Origin: Chlamydiota bacterium
GTDB taxonomy: Bacteria > Auribacterota > Tritonobacteria > UBA1439
DNA: 28,703 nt
Assembly (NCBI GenBank): GCA_037133055.1
Contig: JBAXOY010000027.1
Location: forward strand, 1 to 28,703
Direction of reading: 5' to 3'
Shown here: positions 1-7,880 of the stretch, piece after piece
Layout of the letters: each line of letters starts with the position of its first letter
Numbering within the stretch: position 1 is the stretch's first letter
Made by a program: the position numbers and the translations under genes
Notes under the pieces: model-generated
Told to the model about the DNA's origin: nothing
Database searches by the model: none
Seen by the model: only the letters and a program-made list of their open reading frames with translations

Positions 1-7
1 AGTCTTA

Positions 8-45
8 TCAGCGTCCATCCTGACGATCTGCGTTCATCTGCGTCC
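8..45. repeat. Degenerate short tandem repeat (ATCTGCGT-type, ~10 bp units)
   Basis: atcagcgtcc ... atctgcgttc atctgcgtcc. Confidence 0.5.
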
Positions 46-65
46 CGGTGTTGAATCGTGTAACA

Positions 66-114
66 CTGGATTCCCGCTGGAGTTTACCCCGGCGAAGAGC
101 GGGGCGGGAAAGAC
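66..114. repeat. REP-like nested palindromic element
   Basis: CTGGATTCCCGC...GCGGGAAAGAC. Outer stem TTCCCGC(71-77)/GCGGGAA(104-110) and inner CCCCG(87-91)/CGGGG(100-104). Resembles widespread CTGGATTCCCGC..GCGGGAATGAC palindromic repeats. Confidence 0.55.
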
Positions 115-164
115 ATCCGGAAGAAGACACCCTCCGTAAGTGACCCAGTACGGGACCGGGACAA

Positions 165-204
165 CCGGGGTTCGGGGTTCCGCGTTCGGAGTGCGGCGTT
201 CAGG
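165..204. repeat. Degenerate heptamer tandem repeat (GGGGTTC-type)
   Basis: ggggttc ggggttc cgcgttc ggagtgc ggcgttc. Its reverse complement resembles the CTGAACC arrays at 3082-3109 and 13553-13580. Confidence 0.5.
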
Positions 205-227
205 GAACATGGGAAATCTGCGCGCGT

Positions 228-257
228 AAAAAAAACGCCCCCCGTTTCCGGGGGGCG
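228..257 (-). terminator. Rho-independent terminator of the lipoprotein gene
   Basis: Minus strand CGCCCCCCG-GAAA-CGGGGGGCG followed by T8, 30 bp after the stop at 288. Confidence 0.85.
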
Positions 258-287
258 CTGGATTCATGCCGCCGGAGCGCCGTGGGG

Positions 288-716
288 TCACTTCGACTTC
301 GGGCGCATGGAGAGGTCGATCCGGACGTTATGCCAGCCGGTGCGATTCCCGACGGTGAGGATGCAGGTCTGGCCCTCTTTGTCGTAGTAGCGGGTGCTGC
401 TCGCGGAATCGATATAGCTCATCTCCTGCCAGCCGTGGAGCGGCATCTGCTGCTGGAAGAAGGCAAGCACATTGTTGATGTCGCTGCGGCCCTTGTACAC
501 CAGATGGCCGACGCGGGTGACGTCGTTCTGGAAGGAGTACGACTCTTTGCGCATGAGTATGAAGCCCGCGGGAACCGGGATGTCTTCGAATGACACGTCA
601 TTGCTGAACTGGGTCTGCGGCGCCCCGCCCTGCTGATTCCCGCTCTTGCATCCGGTGAACGCCGCGAGCGACACCAGCGCCGCCCCGATGATGAAGCATA
701 TCGACCACTTTTTCAT
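288..716 (-). CDS. Hypothetical lipoprotein (142 aa)
   Basis: ATG 716 with GGAGG RBS. MKKW + hydrophobic stretch + FTG-C lipobox-like site. Own promoter and terminator. Confidence 0.8.
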   Translation of the reverse strand: MKKWSICFIIGAALVSLAAFTGCKSGNQQGGAPQTQFSNDVSFEDIPVPAGFILMRKESYSFQNDVTRVGHLVYKGRSDINNVLAFFQQQMPLHGWQEMSYIDSASSTRYYDKEGQTCILTVGNRTGWHNVRIDLSMRPKSK

Positions 717-813
717 GCCTGACCTCCCCCTGCGCAACGTAGATGTGTGTCGTCCCGTCCTCGCGGACCTGCCCTTTCGGCGATGCGAGACCCAACCCTT
801 AGAAAAGCGGTTC

Positions 814-843
814 ATGATACGCCCTGGCGTCCCGCTGTGTCAA
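814..843 (-). promoter_or_regulatory. Sigma70-type promoter for the lipoprotein gene
   Basis: Minus strand TTGACA(843-838)-18 bp-TATCAT(819-814). Confidence 0.6.
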
Positions 844-907
844 TAAATTTTTCGCCCCGTGTTTTCGCCCCGAAACGGGAGACCCCTCACACGCGGGGCC
901 CCGAAGT

Positions 908-1780
908 TCATCGGGCGCGCGCGGGCTCAAGGTGTGTGGTAGGCTCGACGTTGAGGTCGCGCTTCAGCTCGTACTTGACCTTCCCCGAGATGGCGTGCGC
1001 CGTCTCGATCGACATCCCCGGCGGGAAGCAGAGGTGCACCGTGAGCTCCACATGGTCGCCGTACTTGTGCGCGTGGAGATGGTGCACGTCGGTGACCTCG
1101 GGGGCCGTCGAGGTGATGATATCCATGATGCGGCGCTCCAGGTCGGGGCCGGGGGCCTCGCCCAGCGAAACGCTGGTCGCGGACCGTATCACGTCGTAGG
1201 CCGCGTACCCGATCAGGAGGGAGACGCCGACGCCGAGGACGCCGTCCAGCCACCAGCAGGAGCTGGCGAAGAGGCCGCCCGCGACGATAAGCGCGGATGC
1301 CACGGCGTCGCTGCGGTGGTGCCAGCCGTCCGCGATCAGGGCCGCGGAGTCGATCTTCCTCCCGGCCCAGATGGAGAACCAGGCCAGCCCCTCCTTGAGG
1401 AACACCGAAGAGAGGAATACGCCCATCGCCATCCTGCTGAAACGCGCGGCGGAAGCATGATGCGCGAGCTTCAACACCGATTCCTGCAGGAAGAAGACCG
1501 CAACCACGGCGAGGAGCGTCCCGATGACGATCGCAGCGATCGGCTCCGCCCGCCCGTGCCCGAACGGGTGCTGACCGTCGGCCGGGCGCGTGGAGATATA
1601 GAACCCAAGGATGACCACGACCGAGGTGAGCGTGTCGGAAAGGGTGTGCCATGCGTCCGCGATCATGGCGATCGATCCGCAGGCGGTGCCGACCCATAAC
1701 TTCACGGCGAAGAGCGCGGTATTGAGGACGATGGAAATCCATCCCTCGAGATAGCCCCACGACTGCCTGGCCATCGACAT
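908..1780 (-). CDS. Cation diffusion facilitator (CDF) family metal transporter
   Basis: TM helices, ADAWHTLSD and DGWHHRSD metal-site motifs, HPFGHGRAE loop, C-terminal dimerisation domain (DVHHLHAHKYG...HLEP). Start is 1780 or 1774. Confidence 0.9.
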   Translation of the reverse strand: MSMARQSWGYLEGWISIVLNTALFAVKLWVGTACGSIAMIADAWHTLSDTLTSVVVILGFYISTRPADGQHPFGHGRAEPIAAIVIGTLLAVVAVFFLQESVLKLAHHASAARFSRMAMGVFLSSVFLKEGLAWFSIWAGRKIDSAALIADGWHHRSDAVASALIVAGGLFASSCWWLDGVLGVGVSLLIGYAAYDVIRSATSVSLGEAPGPDLERRIMDIITSTAPEVTDVHHLHAHKYGDHVELTVHLCFPPGMSIETAHAISGKVKYELKRDLNVEPTTHLEPARAR

Positions 1781-1867
1781 GCCCGCGCCCGCCTTCCGGA
1801 TGACGACAGTATACGGGAACGCCCGGCGTGCCGCCACACAAAAGCGGTAAACGGCCCCGCTCCACCC

Positions 1868-1896
1868 TTGCGCAAATCGATCGCGCCTTCTATACT
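1868..1896 (+). promoter_or_regulatory. Probable sigma70 promoter for the 1938 gene pair
   Basis: TTGCGC-17 bp-TATACT. Confidence 0.5.
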
Positions 1897-1937
1897 ACAC
1901 ACCTTGACCACATCCCACAACGGAAGGATACGCCGAT

Positions 1938-2618
1938 ATGGATACGCTGAAGACGAAGGCGGTTGGGAGGATCGAGGAGACGATGCAGGGGGTCGAGGAG
2001 GGCTCCCTGCGCTACCAGATACTGAAGAGCGCGAAGGAGTTCAAGACTTCGTGGGTCGAGCTCGGGCGGGCGCTCTACACGGCATGGAAGGACAAGATGT
2101 TCAAGTCGTGGGGCTACATGACCTTCGACGCGTACACGGCCAAGGAGATCGGCATCAGGAAGGCGACGGCGCTGAAGCTTCTCAAGTCGTACTACTTTCT
2201 TGAAAAGGAGCACGCAGCGTACCTGAACGAGGATTACCTCGACTCCTCCGAGGCGGCCTCGGTCCCGCCGGTCGAGTCGATCGACCTCCTCCGGAAGGCC
2301 AAGGAGGGGAAGAGGATCGACCAGGACGACTACGCGACCCTGAAGGCGTCGGTCTTCGAGAAGGGAAAGGACCCGGGGGACGTGAAGCGGGAGCTCACGC
2401 GGATGATGAAGCAGCGCGAGGAGCTCGACCCTGACGAGGTCTTTCAAAAGAAGCAGCAGGCAACGGTGAAGCGGCTCCTCGGGGCGCTCGCGTCGCTCCA
2501 CCGCGAGGCGGAGATATCGAAACTCCTTCCCGCGGCTCTCCTCAGGGAGCTCGCGGGGCTCGTGAAGAAAATCGAGGCCGAGCTCGCGCCCGCGAAAGGG
2601 GAGGACGGGGGGCGATGA
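1938..2618 (+). CDS. Hypothetical soluble helical protein (226 aa), possibly DUF3102-like N-terminus
   Basis: AAGGA RBS, GC-rich third codon positions, motif W.ELG..L...WG..TF..Y...EIGI.K.TA.KL..SY.FL, ATGA overlap with next gene. Confidence 0.8.
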   Translation: MDTLKTKAVGRIEETMQGVEEGSLRYQILKSAKEFKTSWVELGRALYTAWKDKMFKSWGYMTFDAYTAKEIGIRKATALKLLKSYYFLEKEHAAYLNEDYLDSSEAASVPPVESIDLLRKAKEGKRIDQDDYATLKASVFEKGKDPGDVKRELTRMMKQREELDPDEVFQKKQQATVKRLLGALASLHREAEISKLLPAALLRELAGLVKKIEAELAPAKGEDGGR

Positions 2619-2962
2619 ACGACTCCACCGCGACAATCGGCGCCCTCAGGAAGGCGGTCGCGCAGTTCATCCGCGAGAGGGACTGGGAGCAGTTCCATTC
2701 GCCGAAAAACCTCAGCATGGCGGTGAGCATTGAGGCGGCCGAACTGATGGAGATATTCCAATGGATGGAGGTGGACGAGGCGCGCCGCAAGTCGAAGTCG
2801 CCTCGGCTCAGGAAGAAAATAGAGGAGGAGATCGCCGACATTGCGATCTACACCCTGAGCCTCTGCCATTCGCTGGGGCTTGACCTGTCCTCATGCATCG
2901 AGAAGAAGTTAGCGAAGAACAGGAAGAAGTACCCCGTCGAGAAGTGCAGGGGGAGGTACTGA
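2615..2962 (+). CDS. MazG-like / dCTP pyrophosphatase-type nucleotide pyrophosphohydrolase
   Basis: F..ERDWEQFHSPKNL...IEAAELMEIFQW...EEIADI..Y...KN..KYP signature. Confidence 0.9.
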   Translation: MNDSTATIGALRKAVAQFIRERDWEQFHSPKNLSMAVSIEAAELMEIFQWMEVDEARRKSKSPRLRKKIEEEIADIAIYTLSLCHSLGLDLSSCIEKKLAKNRKKYPVEKCRGRY

Positions 2963-2965
2963 TTT

Positions 2966-3000
2966 AAATCCCAAATCCCAAATCCCAAATCTCGAATCTC
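2966..3000 (+). repeat. Heptamer tandem array (AAATCCC)3-AAATCTC-GAATCTC
   Basis: Visible directly, 3 bp after the MazG-like stop. Confidence 0.85.
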
Positions 3001-3081
3001 AAAGCAAGATCCCCTATCGCATTCCCACGCATCGTCACTCGTGTTCTTCTCTCATACTTATCTTCGTTTATCCTGACACTC

Positions 3082-3109
3082 TATCCTGAACCCTGAACTC
3101 TGAACCCTT
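3082..3109 (+). repeat. Heptamer tandem array (AACCCTG-type)
   Basis: tatcctg aaccctg aactctg aaccctt. Confidence 0.7.
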
Positions 3110-3111
3110 CT

Positions 3112-3145
3112 TTTTGAGCCCCGATCCCTGGACTTTGGCTCAAAA
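3112..3145. other. 9-bp inverted repeat (possible terminator or operator)
   Basis: TTTTGAGCC-16 nt-GGCTCAAAA between the MazG-like gene and the mraZ promoter. Confidence 0.4.
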
Positions 3146-3206
3146 GGACATAACGACATATGGGGGCAAAAGCATAAGAATATTTTTAAAAAAGTGATTT
3201 TTTCCA

Positions 3207-3235
3207 TTGACACAGTGGGGGTGCTGGTATATATT
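3207..3235 (+). promoter_or_regulatory. dcw (mraZ) sigma70 promoter
   Basis: TTGACA(3207-12)-17 bp-TATATT(3230-35), preceded by an AT-rich UP-like tract. Confidence 0.8.
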
Positions 3236-3244
3236 TTGGCGCAG

Positions 3245-3270
3245 AGTGGTAGAGAGTGGTGTGAAGTGGT
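3245..3270 (+). promoter_or_regulatory. MraZ-binding direct repeats (dcw box)
   Basis: AGTGGT x3 at exact 10-bp period (3245, 3255, 3265) just downstream of the promoter, matching GTGG-type MraZ operator architecture. Confidence 0.8.
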
Positions 3271-3302
3271 TGAAACGCTGCTAAACCTGAGGTGTCAAGA
3301 AA

Positions 3303-3749
3303 ATGTTCTGCGGCCAGTTTAGACATTCGATTGACAACAAGGGTCGGTTGATCATCCCCGCCAAATTCAGAGACACACTCCGCGAAAGTTTCATCGAGAA
3401 GTTCTGGGTCACCCGCGGCATCGAACGCTGCGTCTGCGTCTACACCCCGCGCGAGTGGAACGAGCTCATCTCCAAATTAAAGGAACTCCCGTCCTTCTCC
3501 AGTTCGAAGGCGAGAGACTTCCAGCGAGGACTGATCTCGAACGCGGCCGAGGTGGAGTGCGACAAGCAGGGGAGGATCATGCTGCCGCAGAACCTGCTCG
3601 CCCTCGCGGGCATCACGCGGGACGTCGTGGTGGCCGGCAATCTGACCCGGTTCGAAATATGGGACGAAGAGAGCTGGAAGAAGTACCAGGAGGAGCGCGC
3701 GAGCAACTTCGAGGAGATCGCGGAGCAGCTCAACACGATGGGAATCTGA
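3303..3749 (+). CDS. mraZ: Division/cell wall cluster transcriptional repressor MraZ
   Basis: MF.G...HSIDNKGRLIIPAKFR and ECDKQGRIMLP duplicated motifs, FEIWD..W. Confidence 0.97.
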   Translation: MFCGQFRHSIDNKGRLIIPAKFRDTLRESFIEKFWVTRGIERCVCVYTPREWNELISKLKELPSFSSSKARDFQRGLISNAAEVECDKQGRIMLPQNLLALAGITRDVVVAGNLTRFEIWDEESWKKYQEERASNFEEIAEQLNTMGI

Positions 3750-3780
3750 GCGGACGCCACAGGGAGGGCGCGGAGCAGTC

Positions 3781-4059
3781 ATGCACGCAATGTCGGGGTT
3801 GGCTGAGTTCGGGAAGTTCAACTTCGGGAGGGGTGAGCTCATGAGACCTTCGTGCGTGAGGAAACCTTTTGCCGAGAGGATCCTTCTCAGGTGCCCGAGG
3901 CTCGCGTCCGCGCTCGCCGCAGTCGGGGCGAAGGGCGCTCCCCGGGCGGAGTGCAAGGGGTCGGGGTTACTGGCGACGATGATGACCGCGAGCGGAAGCA
4001 TCGACTATGTGGGGAGGGGCAGGAAGAATTTCAAGTTTTACATCCGGCCGATGGCCTGA
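3781..4059 (+). CDS. Small hypothetical protein (92 aa) between mraZ and rsmH
   Basis: GGAG RBS 5 nt before ATG, mostly G/C third positions, stop overlaps the rsmH start (TGATG). Confidence 0.55.
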   Translation: MHAMSGLAEFGKFNFGRGELMRPSCVRKPFAERILLRCPRLASALAAVGAKGAPRAECKGSGLLATMMTASGSIDYVGRGRKNFKFYIRPMA

Positions 4060-4985
4060 TGCGCGCGTCGCATATACCCGTGATGCGCGAGGAGGCGCTG
4101 CGGCTCCTCGAACTGGAGCCGGGGATGCGCGTGGTCGACGCGACGGTGGGGTGCGGGGGGCACGCGGCGGGGATTCTGGAGCGGATAACGCCGGGCGGAG
4201 TCCTGGTGGGGCTCGACTGGGACGAGGATGCGCTCGCGCTCGCGCGGGAGCTGCTGGGGAGCGCGGGCGGGTCGGTGAGGCTGCACCGTCGCAATTTCAG
4301 CGAACTCGAGGCGGTGCTCGCCGAGGAGGGGATCGGGGAAGTGGACGCACTGCTCTTTGACCTCGGGGTCTCGAGCGTTCAGCTCGGCGCGGCGGCGCGG
4401 GGATTCAGTTTCGGCGCCCCAGGGCCCCTGGACATGCGGATGGACCGGCGGAGGCGCGCCACCGCGGAGACGCTCCTGCGGGAGAAAAGTCCGCGGGATC
4501 TCGAGCGGATCTTCAGAGACTATGGCGAAGAGACGCTCGCGCGGGCGATCGCCCGCGAGATCGGCCGCGCGGGATGCCCCCGGGACACGGCGGGACTCGC
4601 GGAGATCGCGAGGCGGGTGTACGGGCGGACCCGGAGAAAAAGCGCGATCCATCCCGCGACCAGGGTGTTCCAGGCGCTCCGCATCGCGGTGAACGACGAG
4701 CTCGGCAATCTCGCCTCCGCGCTTCCGCAGGCGGCGGCGGCGGCGGCGAAAGGGGCGCGGATCGTGGTGATAAGCTTCCACTCGCTCGAGGACCGGATCG
4801 TGAAAAATGCGTTTGCCGCGGGGGCGCGCGCGTGCGTGTGCCCCCCGGGATTTCCAGTGTGCGCGTGCGGCGCGACGGCGACCCTGCGGGTGATCACGCG
4901 GAAGCCGGTTCGTCCCGCGGCGGAGGAAACGGCGGCGAACCCGCGGGCGCGGAGCGCGAGGCTGCGGGCGGCGGAGAAGATCTGA
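4059..4985 (+). CDS. rsmH: 16S rRNA (cytosine1402-N4)-methyltransferase RsmH (MraW)
   Basis: HIPVM, VDATVGCGGHA, DLGVSS.QL, RGFSF, PLDMRMD, HPATRVFQALRIAVNDEL, ISFHSLEDRIVK, NPRARSARLR. Confidence 0.97.
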   Translation: MRASHIPVMREEALRLLELEPGMRVVDATVGCGGHAAGILERITPGGVLVGLDWDEDALALARELLGSAGGSVRLHRRNFSELEAVLAEEGIGEVDALLFDLGVSSVQLGAAARGFSFGAPGPLDMRMDRRRRATAETLLREKSPRDLERIFRDYGEETLARAIAREIGRAGCPRDTAGLAEIARRVYGRTRRKSAIHPATRVFQALRIAVNDELGNLASALPQAAAAAAKGARIVVISFHSLEDRIVKNAFAAGARACVCPPGFPVCACGATATLRVITRKPVRPAAEETAANPRARSARLRAAEKI

Positions 4986-4991
4986 CGGAGC

Positions 4992-5189
4992 ATGAGCGCG
5001 AACGAGGGGGGTAGGCCAGGGATGGACGGCACATCTTTAACCGCTATCATTGAAGATACCAGGAGCTGCGCGTTGCAGCTCGTCAATGATGCACCTCCAA
5101 CCCTAAAGGTCCCTGCCATCACTGGCCTTGCCCCCGATACGTTCGTGAACCGGCGCGAATGGGCGCGTGCCAGTGTGAGGAGACCATGA
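4992..5189 (+). CDS. Possible small ORF (55-65 aa), uncertain
   Basis: Fills the rsmH-receiver gap and ends in an ATGA overlap with the receiver gene, but codon bias is weak. Confidence 0.25.
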   Translation: MSANEGGRPGMDGTSLTAIIEDTRSCALQLVNDAPPTLKVPAITGLAPDTFVNRREWARASVRRP

Positions 5190-5530
5190 AACGTATCCTG
5201 ATCGTGGACGATGATTTAATCGTGAGAAGGTTGATCAGCATGTACCTGCGCGGGAGTTTCATCGTCGAGGAGGCGGAGGACGGCGAGAAGGCGCTCACGA
5301 AGGCCGCGCATGGCGAGTACGACTACGTGATCACCGACGTGAACATGCCGCGCATGGACGGCCTGAGCCTGCTGGACGAGATCAAGAGGCTGTGCCCGCG
5401 CACCGCGGTCATCGTGATGTCGGCCCTCGGCGAGTACTACGCCGCGTCGGCGATGGAGCGCGGGGCGCAGATGGTCATCTCGAAGCCGTTCGTCCGGGCC
5501 ACGCTGCAGAACGCCCTGCAGTGCGCCTGA
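5186..5530 (+). CDS. Single-domain CheY-like response regulator
   Basis: GAGGAG RBS. ILIVDDD, phosphoacceptor in ITDVNMPRMDG, VIVMS, SKPF. No output domain. Confidence 0.92.
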   Translation: MKRILIVDDDLIVRRLISMYLRGSFIVEEAEDGEKALTKAAHGEYDYVITDVNMPRMDGLSLLDEIKRLCPRTAVIVMSALGEYYAASAMERGAQMVISKPFVRATLQNALQCA

Positions 5531-5570
5531 AGGCGCGGCCGCGCGAAACAGGCCTCGGCGGAAAAAAACG

Positions 5571-5993
5571 ATGAGACGGAAAAACAAGAGGCTCAACGAG
5601 GGGTTCTCGACCGCCGTCCTGACCGGAAGGTGGATGCTGCTGGCCGTCATCGGGGTGTCGGTATCGCTGCTCTACGTGTGGCAGCACGTGCAGCTTGTGC
5701 GCACCGGCTACGCCATCAAGAGCATGGAGCGGGAGATCGAGAAGTGGCAGAAGGCGAACGAGGCGTTGCGGCTCGTCAACGAGAGGCTGAAGAACCCGCA
5801 GCGCGTGGAGCGGGCGCTGGCGCAGAACAAGCTTGGCCTGGTATTTCCCCAGGCCAAGGACATCGTCCGGCTCCGCTACCCCCGCCATTCAAAGGCGCAT
5901 GAGAAGGAGAAATCGGGGAGCGAAGGGGGCACCGATACTCTTTTGAGCTACATGAGTGGCGGGGGCAGCGTGGCCGGGCGAAGGCGCCTCTAG
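5571..5993 (+). CDS. ftsL: Cell division protein FtsL-like
   Basis: Basic N-tail, one TM (LLYVWQH), GY + coiled coil, LKNPQRVERAL...LGLVFP. Position directly before ftsI. Confidence 0.8.
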   Translation: MRRKNKRLNEGFSTAVLTGRWMLLAVIGVSVSLLYVWQHVQLVRTGYAIKSMEREIEKWQKANEALRLVNERLKNPQRVERALAQNKLGLVFPQAKDIVRLRYPRHSKAHEKEKSGSEGGTDTLLSYMSGGGSVAGRRRL

Positions 5994-6086
5994 CGATACG
6001 GGCCCCCGCGAGCGGGTGCGGGGGCGCGCGGCGCACCCGTTGTGGGACGGGGGCGCAGGCGCGGGTGTGAAAAAGGCGAGTGTGAA

Positions 6087-7844
6087 GTGAGAGGGAACCG
6101 CTACAGACTGAAGTCCAGCTCTGTCTACGTCGTTTTTCTCCTCTGCTTCGCCGGTCTTTACGCCCGCCTTTTCATCCTCCAGGTCGTGCACCACGAAGAG
6201 CTGTCCGCGCGGGGCGAGAAACTTCACCGCTTCAACGTGAAGATCGACCCCCGCCGGGGGAACATCTACGACCGCGAAAACCGCCCCCTTGCCATGAGCG
6301 TCCGCGTGAAGTCCGCCTATGCCGTGCCGGAGAACATCGAGTCGCCCGGGGAGGCCGCGGACCTGATCGCGGGGAGCCTCAAGATCCCTCGCGATGAGGT
6401 CATGGCAAAACTCGGCAAAAAGGGCAGGAGGTTCGTCTGGCTCGGGCGCAAGCTCGACGGGAGGATCGCAGACCGCCTTGAGTCGCTCCAGATCGAGGGG
6501 GTGGGATTCCGCGAGGAGGTGCGCAGGGTGTATCCGCAGGGCGCACTCCTGAGCCACGTGCTCGGGTTTGTGGACATCGACAACCGGGGGATCGAGGGAT
6601 TGGAGTTCCAGGCCGACGGCTCCCTGCGCGGGCAGGCCGGGTGGATGGCGTCCCATCGGGACCGCAAGGGGCGCGAGATCATGACCCTCAGGAGCCGCGA
6701 GGTCCAGCCGATCGACGGCTGCGATCTCGGTCTCACCGTGGATGTGGTGATCCAACATATCGCCGAGAGCGAGCTCGAGAACGGATGCAGGAAATATAAC
6801 GCCGCCGGTGGCTGCATCATCGTGATGAACCCCCAGAGCGGCGCGGTGCTCGCGATGAGCAGCTGGCCGACCTACGACCCGAACAGCCCCTCCGACTACC
6901 CGCAGGAGGCGCGCCGGAACCGGTGCATCACCGATGTCTTCGAGCCCGGGTCGACCTTCAAGGTCGTCACGATCGCCTGCGCGCTGGACCGGGGCGCCGT
7001 GTCGATCGACGACTGCTTCTTCTGCGAAAACGGCGCCTTCCGGGTGGGCAGGCATACGCTCCACGATGTGCACAAGTACGGAACGCTCACCACCGCGGAT
7101 ATCATCAGAAAGTCGAGCAACATCGGGGCCGTGAAGGTCGCGATGAAGCTGGGGGAGCGGTCTCTCCACGGGGGCATCCGGCGGTTCGGGTTCGGCGAGC
7201 CCACCGGGGTGGGGCTGCCGGGCGAGGTGGCGGGGATACTGCACCCGCTGGCGAAATGGTCGGGGCTCTCGATCGCGGCGGTGCCGATGGGGCAGGAGAT
7301 CGGCGTGACGCCGATCCAGATGGCCTCGGCGGTCGCGACGATCGCGAACGGGGGCCTGGCGATGAAGCCGTATATCGTCGAGACGATACGGGACTCCTCG
7401 GGGCGGGTGATCAAATCGTTCGCGCCGGAGGTCCGCGCGCGGGTCGTCAGCGAGGCCGCGGCCTCCGCCCTGGTGAAGGCGATGGAGGGGGTCCCGACCC
7501 GCGAGGGCACCGCGCCGAAGGCGGCGCTCGAGGACTACACGGTGGCGGGGAAGACCGGGACCTCGCAGAAGGTCGACCCCGACGGGAACTACTCGCACTC
7601 GCGGTTCGTAGGATCGTTTGTCGGGTTTGCGCCCGCGGAGAACCCCTCGGTGCTCATACTCGTCCTCCTGGACGAACCGAAGCCGGTCTACTACGGCGGC
7701 GCGGTGGCCGGGCCGATTTTCAAGGAGGTCGCGGGGAGGGTGCTGAAGTATCTCGGGGTGCCGCCGGACAGGGAAAGCGGAGGGGTCAAGGTCGTCTCGG
7801 TCCCGGGGCAGGCCCGGCCCGACGCGGCCGTAACGGCCGATTGA
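6087..7844 (+). CDS. ftsI: Class B penicillin-binding protein FtsI/PBP3
   Basis: RRGNIYDRE, RVYPQG, GIEGLE, FEPGSTFK (SxxK), KSSNIG (SxN), GKTGTSQK. GTG start at 6087 is inferred. No PASTA domain. Confidence 0.95.
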   Translation: MRGNRYRLKSSSVYVVFLLCFAGLYARLFILQVVHHEELSARGEKLHRFNVKIDPRRGNIYDRENRPLAMSVRVKSAYAVPENIESPGEAADLIAGSLKIPRDEVMAKLGKKGRRFVWLGRKLDGRIADRLESLQIEGVGFREEVRRVYPQGALLSHVLGFVDIDNRGIEGLEFQADGSLRGQAGWMASHRDRKGREIMTLRSREVQPIDGCDLGLTVDVVIQHIAESELENGCRKYNAAGGCIIVMNPQSGAVLAMSSWPTYDPNSPSDYPQEARRNRCITDVFEPGSTFKVVTIACALDRGAVSIDDCFFCENGAFRVGRHTLHDVHKYGTLTTADIIRKSSNIGAVKVAMKLGERSLHGGIRRFGFGEPTGVGLPGEVAGILHPLAKWSGLSIAAVPMGQEIGVTPIQMASAVATIANGGLAMKPYIVETIRDSSGRVIKSFAPEVRARVVSEAAASALVKAMEGVPTREGTAPKAALEDYTVAGKTGTSQKVDPDGNYSHSRFVGSFVGFAPAENPSVLILVLLDEPKPVYYGGAVAGPIFKEVAGRVLKYLGVPPDRESGGVKVVSVPGQARPDAAVTAD

Positions 7845-7855
7845 GTGCGGCTTTT

Positions 7856-7876
7856 GGGGTTTGGGATTTGGGATTT
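7856..7876 (-). repeat. Heptamer array, reverse complement of the AAATCCC repeat
   Basis: GGGGTTT GGGATTT GGGATTT immediately before the murE ATG. Confidence 0.75.
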
Positions 7877-7880
7877 CTGG

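Noticed and set aside
740..800. Possible c-di-GMP-I riboswitch in the lipoprotein leader (minus strand ...AAAGGGCAGGTCC-GCGA-GGACGGGACG...)
   Set aside because: Only a small GNRA-capped hairpin matches. The GCAAAC and CAAAGC/second-stem elements are absent. An Infernal scan with RF01051 would settle it.
3149..3167. NrdR-box-like ACGACATATGGGG upstream of mraZ
   Set aside because: Poor palindrome, single copy, and no ribonucleotide reductase gene nearby.
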